Assembly: GCA_951406725.2 (NCBI GenBank) | Contig: OX597819.1 | Coordinates: 14,446,001 to 14,510,000 of the forward strand | DNA from: Octopus vulgaris | Taxonomy: Eukaryota | Direction: 5' to 3' | DNA: 64,000 nt | Shown: in pieces, positions 1 through 14,166 of the stretch | How the letters are laid out: each line of letters begins with the position of its first letter | Numbering within the stretch: position 1 is the stretch's first letter | Program-made: the position numbers and the translations under genes | The notes under the pieces: model-generated | Seen by the model: only the letters and a program-made list of their open reading frames with translations | What the model was told of the DNA's origin: nothing | Databases searched by the model: none

Positions 1-751
1 CCGCATCCTCCTCTTCCTCCTAAAAATATAGCTTTCTATATTTCAAACCATTTATTATGAACGATGGTGATAAATGGTAGAATCGGTAGAACGGCGTAGC
101 AAATGCCTTGTGGTATTTCTTTAGGTCCCTTTACACTCAACATTCAATTTAACCAACACAATCGCAGGAGTTGCAAGAAATAGCAGCCAAAGGAAAGGAC
201 GCAGTATAGTTTGAAGTCCTAGATAACCCCTAAGAAAGATAAGAAGGCTCACCTCAGTCAAATAAAAAAATAAAAGAAAATAATCAATATTTTTTTCAAG
301 ATCGATTGACAATAATTCTTCAATGGAAATATATTACTCATTCGATTGCATCCACAATAGGAGTGGTTTCCCAGAGCAATGTGTTCGCTTTATGGAACCG
401 AACGTGTTAAGTGTTACGCCCCATAGATTTTTATGGTTATCGGTCAGACACCAATATCTTTATTATTTCGTAGATTGAATAAGTTTGAAGGATTTTATAC
501 CTCAGAGTTGTTTGTGTATTGTAGATCTGTGAAGTCACTGTAGAAGCAGCAGAATGCCAGAAAACCATTTTCTGAGCTACTTTCTTAGATTCCTTTATGA
601 ACTGAGTTCAAATTCTATCGTGGTTAAGTACTTTTTTCTTATTCTGCAATGGACAAAAAATTATGAATCCAGCATGGACGTCGGGAAAAATCGATTTTTC
701 TTCTCTTATGAATTGGCTACTCTTGTAATAAAGTTAGAAATAAATATTGTT

Positions 752-1122
752 TTAAATTTTGGCACAAGGCCAGCAATTTTATGTGGAGGGAGTAAGTGGA
801 TTACACCAACCCCAGGGCTCAACTGCCACATGTTTTTTCGACCCCGAAAAGCAAAGTCGACCTCGGTGGAATTTCAACTCATTTCGCCCGGTGTGCCAAC
901 GATTCTTCTCTACTCTAGGCACAAGGCTCGAATCTTTTTTGGGTGGGTGGGACCAGTCGATTAGAACGACCCTAATACGCAACTGGTACTTAATTTATCG
1001 ACCCCAAAAGGATGAAAGGCAAAGTCGACCTCGGCGGAATTTGAACTCAGAACGTAAAGATAGACGAAATACTACTCAGCATTTCACCCGGTGTTCTAAC
1101 GATTGTGCCAGCTCGCTGACTT
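752..1122 (-). mobile_element. Two tandem copies of tRNA-headed SINE family A, flanked by a 21-bp target-site duplication
   Basis: Reverse complement of the family-A consensus (gcgagctggca...gagttcaaattccgccgaggtcgactttgcctttcatcc). The direct repeat aagttagaaataaatattgtt lies at 731-751 and 1123-1143. Confidence 0.85.
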
Positions 1123-1894
1123 AAGTTAGAAATAAATATTGTTGTTAATTAAGCCAAGGTTATCCCGGATCAAGTAGACCTAAGATCAAATCCAGCCTTG
1201 GCCACCCAGTATTTTTCCCGCTATTGTGTACATCGGACTACTTATTACACATTTCTTTTCTTATTAGAGGATACTTTGACTCTTATTAGTAGCTGATCGA
1301 GTGACTATTTCGATACCCGTTCATTGTCTCAAGAAACCGCTATCGTTATGGCGACCAATGTTGTACAAAAACGAGGTCACACACCGAGATTGCGTCACGG
1401 TTTCAATAACCGGTGGCGACCATTCCACCTCACTTCAGTCACAAACGATACCAACACGAATATAAATGTCATTGTTTCTCATTTTCCTTCTCCAGACGTA
1501 TTGCTTCATCGTTCTGTTTATTTGAAAAGGGATCTAACCTTGTAAATATACAAGACAGAAATTTCAAAACAGAAAGAATGAATAAAAAAAACTAACATTC
1601 AGTTTCCATTCGCTAGGTGTCGTATTTCGAATCCTTCGATTATATCTTTCTGTTCTCCGGAGTTCAAACTTCAGAAACAGCAGCGTTTCTTGGAGAATAT
1701 AACTTCCGCATTATCCCACTCTCTCACGCCTTGTCTCCCCCCCCCACTCTTTTCCTCTACTTCAGGAATGGTTTGGGGAACAAAACACGAATATTGAATC
1801 ATTATTATTACTGAAAATAAGACAACAAATAACATAGCAAGAATGCCTCTCCAGTCGAAGACAGAAAATTGCTATAATTACTTAAGTTTCCCGT

Positions 1895-1970
1895 GAGACA
1901 ACCAATGAGTCAATGGCTGAAGAGTCACGTGAGTTATGATGGCTGCGATGTCATTAACACGTCACTTGAA
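1895..1970. promoter_or_regulatory. Possible cis-regulatory motif cluster (CCAAT, AP-1 TGAGTCA, E-box GTCACGTGA)
   Basis: caaccaatgagtcaatgg and gagtcacgtgag occur within 40 bp in unique sequence. Motif occurrence only. Confidence 0.2.
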
Positions 1971-2409
1971 AACGAATAAAATAAAATGTTCGATGCATTT
2001 CATTGACTGCCAAGTGCATGTTGCATGAAGAGTGAAATAAACTGGAAGCCTTCCACACATCCGGCTTTTAATTCCTGGAATCCATTTCAACGATAAATAA
2101 AAAAAAAAACATTTGGAATATGTGCCTTAGACACGGATATGTGAATAAGAAGCTGACTTACGAACCACGTCGTTTAGAGTTCAGTCCCACAGCACGGCAT
2201 GTTTGGCAAGTGTCCTACAACGAGTGAATTTCGTAGGTAGAAACTGTGTGTGTATATATTGTGTAATTGTGTATATATATGTGTGTCTGTGCGCGCGCGA
2301 GTATATATATGGCTCCCACACCTGGGACGATGCTGATGCTGTACTCAGACATTCTAAACCGCTTCCATCGAAATACCACATGTCCGCTTGGCATTATTAT
2401 ATATTATTA

Positions 2410-2798
2410 CTAGCAGTATCGCCCGGCGTTGCTCGGGTTTGTAAGGGAAATAACTATATAAGCATTTGTAGAGAGTTATAGCCAAAAAATAGCAAAAAAA
2501 TGCATTAAAAATGGAAAGAAAATTATGGTAATTTTTTTTTAAATCGTTGACTCATCATAGACATAGTTACTTCCCTTATATAATAGCGAAAAAGCTGCAT
2601 TAAAATGGAAAAAAATGATGGTAATTTTTTTAAAAATCGTAGACTCATCGTAGACGCGCGCTAATACCCAGAAGGGCTCGATATGAATCACGACTATAAG
2701 ATACCCGGTTTTGGTTAAACTGCACCGCAAAATGTGGGAGTAGTTAGGAATCTAAATCGTAGGAGACAGACACACAACTTGACTTTTATATATAAAGA
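2410..2798 (-). mobile_element. Non-autonomous Helitron
   Basis: The minus strand starts TC(tttatatataaaag) and ends with the hairpin cccgagcaacgccggg followed by CTAG. It sits between A and T with no TSD, which are canonical Helitron termini. Confidence 0.85.
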
Positions 2799-3302
2799 TA
2801 TCTTTCAGTATTTGATGATACTTTTAAGAAACTGAGTATTAAACCATTACGTATTGAATCGAAATATTATTTTTTTATAAACGAAACCGTCATCTGTTGG
2901 TGTTCTTTTAAGATTTATGACATCGCTGCTATCAAAAGAAACCTCTTTTCTGTGATTTACACAATATATTTGTGGAATTAATATAATTTGTAAGTAACTA
3001 ATAAATGGGTGTTCCGTCAGTTTCGGAGCTCAATATTCCAATTGTTCGATCAAAGGGATCACCGGCTCGTTGAATTCCATTGTAAATAGCTTGGTGTTTC
3101 ACAGTTACAGTGCGAAAAGTGGCCGGAGATTTGGTATATTCAGCTTCGTTCCCTCTGACGGGACGATATTCAGTTTCTGTCCAACCAATTTCAAACATAG
3201 TACACCAGTGGAATCAGAAACTTGATCAAAGTGCCACTCATTGGGTAGGGGCTTCGTTATTGTGATGATGAAGTAGTCTTCTTCACCATGCGGCCATGGT
3301 CC

Positions 3303-4070
3303 TGTATTTTATCGATCTCGAAAAGAAGAAAGATAAAACTAACTTCGGTAGTATTTGAACTCAAACCGTAAAGAGCCAGAAGAAATGCCGCTAAGCATTA
3401 TTGTCTGACGCGCTACCGATTCTGCCAGCTCGCTGCCTTGGCGAGTAATACTTATTTCTTTATTACCCACAAGGGGCTAAACATAGAGGGGACAAACAAG
3501 GACAGACATAGGTATTAAGTCGATTATATCGACCCCAGTGCGTAACTGGTACTTATTTAATCGACCCCGATGCCTTGGCGAGTAATACCTATTTCTTTAT
3601 TACCCACAAGGGGCTAAACATAGAGGGGACAAACAAGGACAGACATAGGTATTAAGTCGATGATATCGACCCCAGTGCGTCACTGGTACTTATTTAATCG
3701 AACCCGAAAGGATGAAAGGCAAAGTCGACCTCGGCGGAATTTGAACTCAGAACGTAGCGGCAGACGAAATACGGCTACGCATTTCTCCCGGCGTGCTAAC
3801 GCTTCTGCCAGCTCGCCGTCTTCCTTGGCGAGTAATACATATTTCTTTACTACCACAAGGGGCTAAACATAGAATGGACAAACAAGGACAGACAAAGGGA
3901 TTAAGTCAATTAAATCGACCCTAGTGCGTAACTGGTACTTAATTTATCGACCCCGAAAGGATGAAAGGCAAAGTCGACCTCAGCGGAATTTGAACTCAGA
4001 ACGTAGCGGCAGACGAAATACGGCTACGCATTTCGCCCGGCGTGCTAACGCTTCTGCCAGCTCGCCGCCT
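3303..4070 (-). mobile_element. Cluster of four SINE family A copies or fragments separated by a repeated 16-bp target sequence
   Basis: Copies at about 3303-3437, 3451-3570, 3590-3820 and 3840-4070. ccttggcgagtaatac recurs at about 3437, 3573, 3823 and 4072. Confidence 0.9.
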
Positions 4071-4189
4071 ACCTTGGCGAGTAATACCGTCATGCATATC
4101 TCTTCTGGTTTATTTCGCTGCTGCTTTTGGTATCGCGTGAAAAATGTCTTCCTTTATTTTGACTGAATTGTAAATTGGTGCAGGAGCGA

Positions 4190-4220
<31 letters not shown>

Positions 4221-4310
4221 TTGTGTGGGTTGTAATGTGAGGTGAGTGTTGTTGTGAGTGCAAGTGTAGGGATGGAGGTTGGATGCTGGGAAGAAGGATA
4301 TTCTTACACA

Positions 4311-4364
<54 letters not shown>

Positions 4365-4585
4365 CGTACACACACACACGGACGTACACACACACACGGA
4401 CGTACATCACAAGAGATGATACATTGTTTAACCCGATCACGATAATAGTGACTAAGAATCATTTAAGTTGAATATTTTCAAACAAAACAAAAGAAAGCAG
4501 CATAAAATACGAAAACAAAACATGTCCGCTGACTTCTTGTAATTTTTCTTTAAATTATACACACACACACACACACATACACACG

Positions 4586-4618
<33 letters not shown>

Positions 4619-4619
<1 letters not shown>

Positions 4620-4801
4620 ATAAAATATTAGGGAATAAATCCAAACTTACAGGGAAAAATCAGATTTAGGATTAAATCCAATTTTATAGTATAAATATAT
4701 TATATTACATTATATTAGATTAGAGATAAAACCACTATTAGGCAAATATTATTAGGCAAATATTATTTGCCTAATAGTGGTTTTATCTCTAATTTAATAT
4801 A

Positions 4802-4805
<4 letters not shown>
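4619..4805. mobile_element. (TA)n-embedded short repeat family (probable PLE terminus) with an internal fold-back
   Basis: The first ~80 bp are near-identical to 39209-39300. The second part matches 32152-32186. Inverted arms at about 4713-4748 and 4764-4799. Confidence 0.6.
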
Positions 4806-4899
<94 letters not shown>

Positions 4900-5734
4900 C
4901 ATATATATAGGCTTTTCTTTTTAGTTATCCTCTAATCTAATGTTTGTATTAACTAATTATCATAACATTCTGTTCCACTTGGTTTTATAAAGAAAAGAGG
5001 GAAATGAAGACGATAGAATAACCGTATCAGGTAACAACTAATTTATGCAGCAAATACGAACAACGTTTCATATTTTGGGCAACTTCCGGTTTCTATTAAA
5101 AAATGACGCCATGACACCGATTCTTTGTCTTTTCTCCACAGAAAACAATTTTGTTTTGTTTTATTTGTTTTATTTGTTTTATTTGTTGTCTATCGTTTCT
5201 TTCAAAATAATTATTTAAATTTCTAAATTATTTCAATTTATATTTATATTTTTAGCATTTTATATTCATATTTGATTTATTTTATATTGCATTTATATTT
5301 ATTGCATATTATGTTTATATATATTTATTTCATATTGATTTTATATTTCTTTTATATTTATAAATATAGTTTTTTAATAATTATTTAAATTTTCTCGCTT
5401 TAAATTACTATTTTTAATGATTATTCTAAATATTTTCTTGAAAAATTTTTCTGAAATATTTATTTTTAATTTACTTTTTAATTCCTTTTCAAATTATTGT
5501 TTTAATTTTTCTTGTTGATTGTTTTTTTTTTAATGATTATTTTATCATTTTTGTATTTTATGCTCATTTTTTTTTACATTTATTTTTCAACAAACTTTTC
5601 AATATTTTTTATTTTCTATTTTTAAAATATATTTTATTTAATTTCTTTTTAATTAATATTTTCATTTATTTCATATTTTATATATTTTTAATAATTATTC
5701 TTTTGCGAAGAGAAGTATCTATACAATAGCTCGG

Positions 5735-5935
5735 CTCGACCTGCTAGAAACTGCAGTTAGTCAACCTTCCCTGGGATCCTACCTTAATCTGTAACATAAG
5801 AAATACTCAGTGGGCTACGGCAGTCCTTGATACACAACGCCTGATAAACAATAAGACAGGTTGATCATGAAAGTAACGCCTTTGAAGACAGGCCTACAGG
5901 ATTAGTATAGACCAGGGGTTAAACAACAACAATTG
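5735..5935 (+). mobile_element. Old diverged SINE-like repeat ending ggggttaaacaacaacaa
   Basis: Related diverged copies at about 8590-8825 (+), 8850-9050 (-), 14440-14670 (+), 15625-15720 (-) and 62240-62350 (-). Confidence 0.55.
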
Positions 5936-6048
5936 CAATAACAACGACACTCGAACGGATGTTTCTTTTCCCTTCACCCACCACTCTTACAGACCCCATA
6001 CAAATATCACAGTTGTCTCCCCTATTCATCCCCTCCTCTTCCTCATTC

Positions 6049-6080
<32 letters not shown>

Positions 6081-6365
6081 CTCCTCTTCCTCCTCCTCTT
6101 CCTCCTCCTCTTCATCCTTCTCCTCCTCTGACTAAGAGCTAAACAAAACAACAAATTGCTGAAACAACTTGATACGTTTGTTTCATTTATGTTGTTTTTT
6201 TTTTGATAGTTTTTATATCCAAAATTTATTTATTTGTATGTTTATTTATTTATTGTTACCTTTTGCTTGAGATTTCTGTCTTTTGACCTATTATTACAAC
6301 TACGAGAGAAAAAAGAGATAAGTTACTAACGTCATCATCACAACCATCACCAGCAGCAGCAGCAG

Positions 6366-6410
<45 letters not shown>

Positions 6411-6452
6411 TGTCATTCAATCATCCTCCTCCTCCTCCACCTTCTCCTCCTC

Positions 6453-6522
<70 letters not shown>

Positions 6523-6534
6523 CACGAAAAATCA

Positions 6535-6715
6535 AAATACTTAGCGGCATTTCTTCCGTCTTTACGTTCTGAGTTCAAATTCCACCGAGGTCGACTTAGC
6601 CTTTCATTCTTTTCGGGGTCCTTAAAATAAGTACCAGTTACGCACTGGAGTCGATGTAACCGACCTAGACCCTTTCCTCAAACTTGCTGGTTTTGTGCCA
6701 AAATTTGAAACCGTT
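6535..6715 (+). mobile_element. SINE family A copy
   Basis: cttagcggcatttc...gagttcaaattccaccgaggtcgac...gtgccaaaatttgaaacc. Confidence 0.85.
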
Positions 6716-6729
6716 ATTATTTGATGAAA

Positions 6730-6900
6730 CCTCTCAGATTATTTTGCTGGGAATGATGGAATGTGTCAGCTGTCCACAGCCAGCAGACTAAGGCGACACT
6801 TGTTTACTGGTCATGCCTCAAGAACTCTGCGAAGAATTCTTACAGTTCCAAGCAATGTTCTACCTTTACACTTGCACCAATCTTTCTCAGCCATGTTGGT
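6730..6900 (-). mobile_element. 3' end of an R4/Dong-type (RLE) non-LTR retrotransposon
   Basis: The minus strand encodes ...LLGTVRILRRVLEA*. The 3' UTR matches 24410-24490. Confidence 0.75.
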
Positions 6901-7242
6901 AGCTGATACCTCCAAGTGCACCAGATGAAAGTGCTGCCTTCCATCAATTTTATTGCAAGGTGGGTGAATGGGGAAAGAATGGTCCGAGTGAACAAGCCTA
7001 CTCCAAGCATGCACCGGTTGGACGATGTGGTAAGGGCACTTTCCCTAGCGTTCAGGGCGACCGGGGAGTCTCCACGAGCTATCCTAGAAAGAGACCCCCT
7101 TTGGGGAAACTTTTCATTGTTGAAATTTAGTTCGTTATCGATTTCACTGTCTACAGACTCCATTTTATATAACCCCCATATTGTCCTGTGCCGTCCCCTA
7201 TGCTTTTTCTGAATCCTTAGTGGTGAAAAAAAAAAAAAACCG

Positions 7243-7430
7243 CGGAATCGTTAGCACGCCGGGGAAAATGCTTAGCAGTATTTCGTCCATCCTTACGTTC
7301 TCAGTCCAAATTCCGCCATGGTCGACTCTGCTTTTCGTCCTTCCGGGGTCGATAAATTAAGTGCCAGTGAAGCACAGGGGTCGATGTAATCGACTAGTCA
7401 CCTCCCCCAAAATTTCTTGTGTCTATAGTA
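7243..7430 (+). mobile_element. SINE family A copy
   Basis: aatcgttagcacgccggggaaaatgcttagc...ggggtcgataaattaagt. Confidence 0.85.
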
Positions 7431-7436
7431 GACAGG

Positions 7437-8214
<778 letters not shown>

Positions 8215-9124
8215 CTCCTAAATTCGTTTCCTATTATTTGCAGTACATTTCACAAGAAAAAGCTTGGGGTGGGTGGTGGTGGTGGTGGCGTATACGTGTG
8301 TGAGGAAAGAGAAAGAGGGGGAGAAGTGGTGAGGTGTTGGTGATATATGTATGGGGGCAGGGAGGATAAAGAAGAAAAGATGAAAGTGTAAGCGACGTTT
8401 TGTCCACTTTTTGGCAATTCTCCAAGATGATGACAGGATTTATGGAAAGAAAAATCTCCACCTTTAACCTTTTATTTACAAGTTTCCTCTTTTTCAGAAA
8501 GTCTGCCATTTAATACAGAAATATCAACCCACCTCTTGGGAGGAATCTTAGCATCAACTCTAAAGGGAGATGACTCGATGAGTAACCAAGTAGTCGAGAA
8601 TGTTTCTGTCTGGTCACGTGAACTCCTGTTCGATATAACAACGAAATTTCCATTAAATCAGACCTTCTCTTCTGAAAAGGAAACGCACATCCAGGAACGT
8701 GGTCCTTAGCGTAGTCTCTCATTAAAAACGAATGAAATACAGAAAAAAAAATGGCCACGGTTGGAACAACATATATTATAGATCTGCTCAACAGGAATGG
8801 TCCAAGGGTTAAACAACAGCAACAATTGAAATGTAGATTCTGCTCTAAGTTGTTTTTGTTGTTGTTCAACCCAATCCATATTTGACCAAACAGAAGTAGG
8901 GTCAAAGACGTTCTGGTCGTGACTGTCCCTACCTTATCACAGAGACTGTATCTGCGACTAAATTTAATGTATCTCCCGATTTTTGAAAACAGTAGGGTAT
9001 AATTTGAGAGTGTTTTCGTTGCTATTTCTACCGAGTCTATCGACTACATACAGGCTCCGCAAACAAATGCGTATGGAACCGGTAAAAGCATGGTAACCCC
9101 AACAAAAACCTGTTTGTATACCCT

Positions 9125-9343
9125 TTTACTCTTTTACATGTTTCAGTCATTTGACTGTGGCCATGCTGTAGCACTGCCTTTAGTCGAGAAAATTGACCTC
9201 AGGACTTATTCTTTGTAAGCCTAGTACTTATTCTATCAGTCTCTTTTGCGGAACTGCTAAGTTACGGGGACGTAAACACACCAGCTTCGGTTGTCAAGCG
9301 ATTTTGGGGGGACAAACACAGACACACAAACATATACACACAC

Positions 9344-9408
<65 letters not shown>

Positions 9409-9580
9409 CATTTATACGACGGGCTTCTTTCAGTTTTCGTCTACCAAATCTACTTACAAGACTTTGGTCGGCCCGAGGCTATAGTAGAAGACACTTGTCC
9501 AAGGTGCCAGGCAGTGGGACTGAACCCGGAACCATGTGGTTGGTAAGCAAGCTACTTACCACACAGCCCCTCCTACGCCT
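9125..9580 (-). mobile_element. Bipartite SINE family B (tRNA-like head, internal (TA/TG)n microsatellite, 3' body)
   Basis: Reverse complement of aggcgtaggagg...gtggtaagtagcttgc...ggttcagtcccactgc...accttggacaagt...(TA)n...gcatggccacagtcaaatgactgaaac. Confidence 0.9.
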
Positions 9581-9692
9581 AGAAATATATTATAAACATA
9601 TTTAAAACATCAACTAAAAATATTTGTGAAACGAGCAGGGGAAAAAATGCTAGTCAGTATTGTTTTAATCTTTATTTAGAGCAAGTAATACA

Positions 9693-9729
9693 ACTCGGGA
9701 CATGTTTTACTTTTGCTCATCAGCAAAGT
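9693..9729 (-). ncRNA. Degenerate minimal type-I hammerhead ribozyme motif
   Basis: Minus strand: actttg-CTGATGA-GC aaaa GT-AAAA-catg-TC-ccgagt. Palindromic helix III; GAAA appears mutated to AAAA. Confidence 0.45.
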
Positions 9730-9794
9730 ACAACTTTATGCTTAAATAAATCGCTTTTACATGAAGAAGGTAACCTGTAATTTGAGAGATATAT

Positions 9795-10640
9795 GACGAA
9801 ATGCTTAGCGGTATTTCGTCCGTCTTTCCGTTCTGAGTTCAAATCCCACCGAGGTCGACTTTGCCTTTCATCATTTCGGGGTCGATAAATTAAGTACCAG
9901 TTGCGTACTGAGGTCGATCTAATCGACTAGCCCCTTCCCTCAAAATTTCGGGTCTTGTGCCTAGAGGAGAATAGAATATAAATTCAGAAAAGAAGACGGT
10001 GAGCTGTCAGAATCGTGATCACACCGAGCAAAATGCTTAGCGGTATTTCTTCCTTTTGTCACATTCTGAGTTCAAATTCTGCCAAGGTCAACTTTGCCTT
10101 TTACCCTTTCGGGCTCGATGTAATAAATTCCATGGGGTCGATGTAATCCATGCACCAGAATTTGAAATCAATGCTGTTTTAAAGCAGAAGGCGGTGAGCT
10201 AACAGATTCATTTGCACGCTGGGCAAAATTCTTTCTGAGTTCAAATTCCATCGAGTTCGACTTTGCTTTTCATCCTTTCAGGGTCGATAAAATAAGTACC
10301 AGTTAAGTACTGTGTTTCATTCAACATCCTCAAACAACCCTTATTCAAGGACCGGTATGGGCTTCTCGACCTGAAGAAAATTTTAACTGGACCCCACCTG
10401 CAAGGTCATGCGCTATTTATCTTTATATAAGTTCACCATGTAGCGCACATATGGCTGTGATGCATGTGCCTACCGTACCCTAATCAGACATGTAGTCATG
10501 ACGGGTACATCGGGCTTCATATATTTGTATCCCAACGTCATTTTGATGATGTGTTCTGTTCTCTCTCTTTCCATAATAATACAATTGACTTAGCCCCGTT
10601 CCCGAAATTGCTGGCCTTGTGCGAAAATTTGAAACCAATA
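9795..10640 (+). mobile_element. Three SINE family A copies, the last interrupted by a fragment (about 10313-10580) of the TAA-associated repeat
   Basis: Family-A motifs at 9795-9975, 9996-10170 and 10189-10640. The insert matches 23263-23530. Confidence 0.8.
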
Positions 10641-11051
10641 TGAATTTAGAACAGAGCTAAGTTTCTTGTTTAACTACATTTCATAGATGTGGACGTGAAA
10701 AGAAGATTCATGAATGAGGAGGGAATAAGTTCTAATCAGTGTGAAGATTATGTCTTTGAGGGATTCCAGTCGGAATGGAGAGGTCAATTTCTCAATTGTG
10801 CTATGCTGGAAGTCCTACGAACCAAAAGTGAAGGTTAGTTTGACTGAATTAATGATTCTAAAGAAAAATACCAAGAGATCACAAGGTTGACATTTGAAAG
10901 AAATATTGTGAAAAGATTCTTGAAGTCTTCGGGAAGAGAATTAAAAAGCGCTGAGAGTTGTAAGAGCCTTGAAGAACCGTTTTGAAAAGGTCAAACGAGA
11001 ATGGAAGTCTTACGGCAGTAAAAGTCTCTCTAATGAAGTCCTACAAACATG

Positions 11052-11300
<249 letters not shown>

Positions 11301-11912
11301 GATACGCATATACATATACACAAACTTACAAATATACGCATATACCAACACGCACATGCAAATATACGTGCGTAAATGAATAAGCGTGTTCACACAGATA
11401 TTTGTGAGTGTGTGTATGTGTGTGTTGGTGTGTACATCAATGTGTATTGATGCGCGCGCGCGTGTGTAAGCATGTAAATATCTTTTGTTAGAGAGAGGAG
11501 GGGGAGAAGGAAGGGGGAGGAGGAAGGAGGAAAGAGGGAGAGGGGGAGAGAGAAGGGGAGTGAGGGAGCATATATATATATATATAATAATTTGAGGGAA
11601 TATTATTCCTAACTTACAGGGAAAAATTCAATATTATTATTTTGCAATTTACTTAATCATCAGTATATTATTGTTATTTCATTTTTAATATTTCTATTAT
11701 ATGTAATTTTCTAGATGGTGTAATTTAATTGTTCATTTTGAATTGATAAAAGGTGTTTTTTTTCTAATTTATATGTATGTATATATATACAAAATGAGAA
11801 AATGGAGAAATATATCTAAATCAATCATCAACTATCAGATAATACCGAAACATATACTTTATTAAAACACTACACAATAGCAATGAGATTATATATATAT
11901 ATATATATATAT

Positions 11913-12033
11913 CCGACGGGCTTCTTTCAGTTTCCATCTACCAAATCCGCTCATAAGGCTTTGGTTGGCCAGAGGCTATAGTAGAAAACATTCGTTCAAG
12001 GTGCCATGCAGTGTGACTGAACCTGGAACCATG
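11913..12033 (-). mobile_element. SINE family B 5' portion
   Basis: cgacgggcttctttcagtttcc...gactgaacctggaaccatg. Confidence 0.8.
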
Positions 12034-12437
12034 CCCAATGTAGGTCTGTGTGTTTCAGGCAGTACGAGTTTAAGTGAACGTTTTTCTTTTATGTATGTGT
12101 ATGTATGTGTGCGTGTGAATTTGTTTGTATTTGGAAAGAATGTTGTGTGTTTTGGGTGACAAATTCGAAAACGATGACTCATCAGTTTCAGTCACGGATT
12201 GCATCGAACTCAGAGTATCGACATTTGATCTCACAGTGACAAGACACAAATTACACGTACCTCCACCATCACCACCACTACCACTTTCATCACCACCACT
12301 ACCACCAACAAAACAATGATAGCAGCCATCTTCCTGCTTTTGTTTTACGAAATCTTTCTCGATATTTAAGTAAAAGTGCAGACGACTCTCAACGCTCAAC
12401 TCCGATATTTACCCCTCGTACACTTGTTGTTGTTGTT

Positions 12438-13125
12438 GTTCTTCTTTTTCTTCTTCTTCTTCTTCTTCTTCTTCTTCTTCTTCTTCTTCTTCTTCTTCTT
12501 CTTCTTCTTCTTCTTCTTCTTCTTCTTCTTCTTCTTCTTCTTCTTCTTCTTCTTCTTCTTCTTCTTCTTCTTCTTTTTCTTCTTCTTCTACTCCTCCACC
12601 TCCTTCTTCTTCATCTTCTGCTTCCTCAACCTCCACTTCTTCTTTTTCTTCTTTTTCCTCCTCTTCCTCCCCTTCTGCCTCCTCTTCTGCCTCTCCTTCT
12701 TCTTTCTCCTCCTCCCCTTCTGCATCCTCTTCTGTCTCCCCTTCTGCCTCCTCCGCCTCCTCCCCCTCTTCTTCTTCTTCTTCTTCTTCTTCTTCTTCTT
12801 CTTCTTCTTCTTCTTCTTCTTCTTCTGCCTCATCCGCTTCCTCCTTCTTCTCACTTCCTCCTCCTCCTCCTCCTCCTCCTCCTTCTTCTTTTTCTTCTTC
12901 TTCTTCTTCTTCTTCTTCTTCTTCTTCTTCTTCTTCTTCTTCCTGCTCCTCATCCTCCTCTTTTTCTTTTTCCTCCTCCTCCTCCTCCTTCTCCTCCTCC
13001 TCCTCCTTCTCCTCCTCCTCCTCCTCCTCCTCCTCCTCCTCCTCCTCCTCCTCCTCTTCCTTCTCCTCCTCCTCCTTCTCCTCCTCCTCCTCCTCCGCCT
13101 CCGCCTCCTCCTCCTCCTCCTCCTC
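12438..13125. repeat. (TTC)n/(CTC)n polypyrimidine compound microsatellite
   Basis: Read directly from the sequence. Confidence 0.97.
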
Positions 13126-13305
13126 TCCAACAACAATAGACATCTTGCAGTGCGCGCCAGAGTTACGAGAAACCGGAAGCACTGCGTGATATCGACTTCC
13201 GGGATATATGACTATCACAATCTGTTGTGTTGGAAACTCGGAAAGAAGTTTTGATCCGATACAATGAAGGAATGTGATACGGAATTCTATCGAAATCGAA
13301 TTCTT

Positions 13306-13337
<32 letters not shown>

Positions 13338-13912
13338 ACACACACACACTCATACCTCCTCAAACTTGTTTACCATCCTTCTCCGCCCCTCTCTCTATTC
13401 CCTCTCCACCTACTACCCACTTCCACTTTTCTCTCTCTCTCTCTCTCCCTCCCCACTCCCTCTCTCTCACTCCCTCTCTCTCCCTCTCTCCCTCTCTGAC
13501 TCCTTCCTGTCTAAAAGTCTCTCTATCTCTAACTCCCCCCCACCACCACCACCACCTCTATCTCTCCTCCATTGCCTGTCTCTATGTTCTCTGCTGATAT
13601 TCATCTATTTATTCCTCCTCTCCCCTTCTATATTACCAATTCTCCTCCTCCCACCACCACCACCAACCAAAAGCCATCACTCCTTTCCTTGTCTTTGACG
13701 GTCAATCCCTCAACGTCATCTTCTTTCCTCGCCAGAATCAACTCAACCAAACTCTCTCTCTCTGCTCTTTCACCATGTTCACTATCTCTCCTCCTCCCTT
13801 AGCCGTTGCCTTACTCTCCTTTTCATTTCCTTTCTCTCATTCAGCGACACCCGTTCACAATATTCAACAAACTCTGCCCTCTACCATCGATCGTAATGAT
13901 TTCTCAAACCTC

Positions 13913-14166
13913 CTTGTTTCAGACTGCGGCCATGCTGGGGCCACTGCCTTGAAGAATTTTTAGTCAAACGAATCGAATCCCCCCCCTCCACACCACCAAG
14001 TATTTTTTCTTTTGCCGAATCTTTAAGTTACTAGGACTTCTTTCAGTTTCCGTTTACCAAATCCACTCACAAGACACTTTGCTAAACGTTCCACGCAGTG
14101 GGACTGAACCCGCAACCATGTGGTTGGAAAGCAAGCTTGTTACCACACAGCCACTCCTGCGCCTGT
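13913..14166 (-). mobile_element. Internally deleted SINE family B copy
   Basis: gactgcggccatgctggg...ccacgcagtgggactgaaccc...cacagccactcctgcgcct. Confidence 0.75.

Noticed and set aside
2998-3300. Coding-looking unique segment (66-aa minus-strand ORF plus an overlapping frame)
   Set aside because: No recognisable domain, stops in neighbouring frames and no convincing splice sites. It may be a decayed element.
3437-4088. Four 16-bp direct repeats as a possible CRISPR array
   Set aside because: The intervening sequences are SINE copies of 120-230 bp, so the repeats are better explained as target-site duplications.
5150-5700. Extremely AT/T-rich tract as an origin or organellar insert
   Set aside because: No periodicity or gene remnants are visible; treated as low-complexity DNA.
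10680-11050. Purine-rich segment resembling decayed LINE coding sequence
   Set aside because: I could not read any diagnostic motif.
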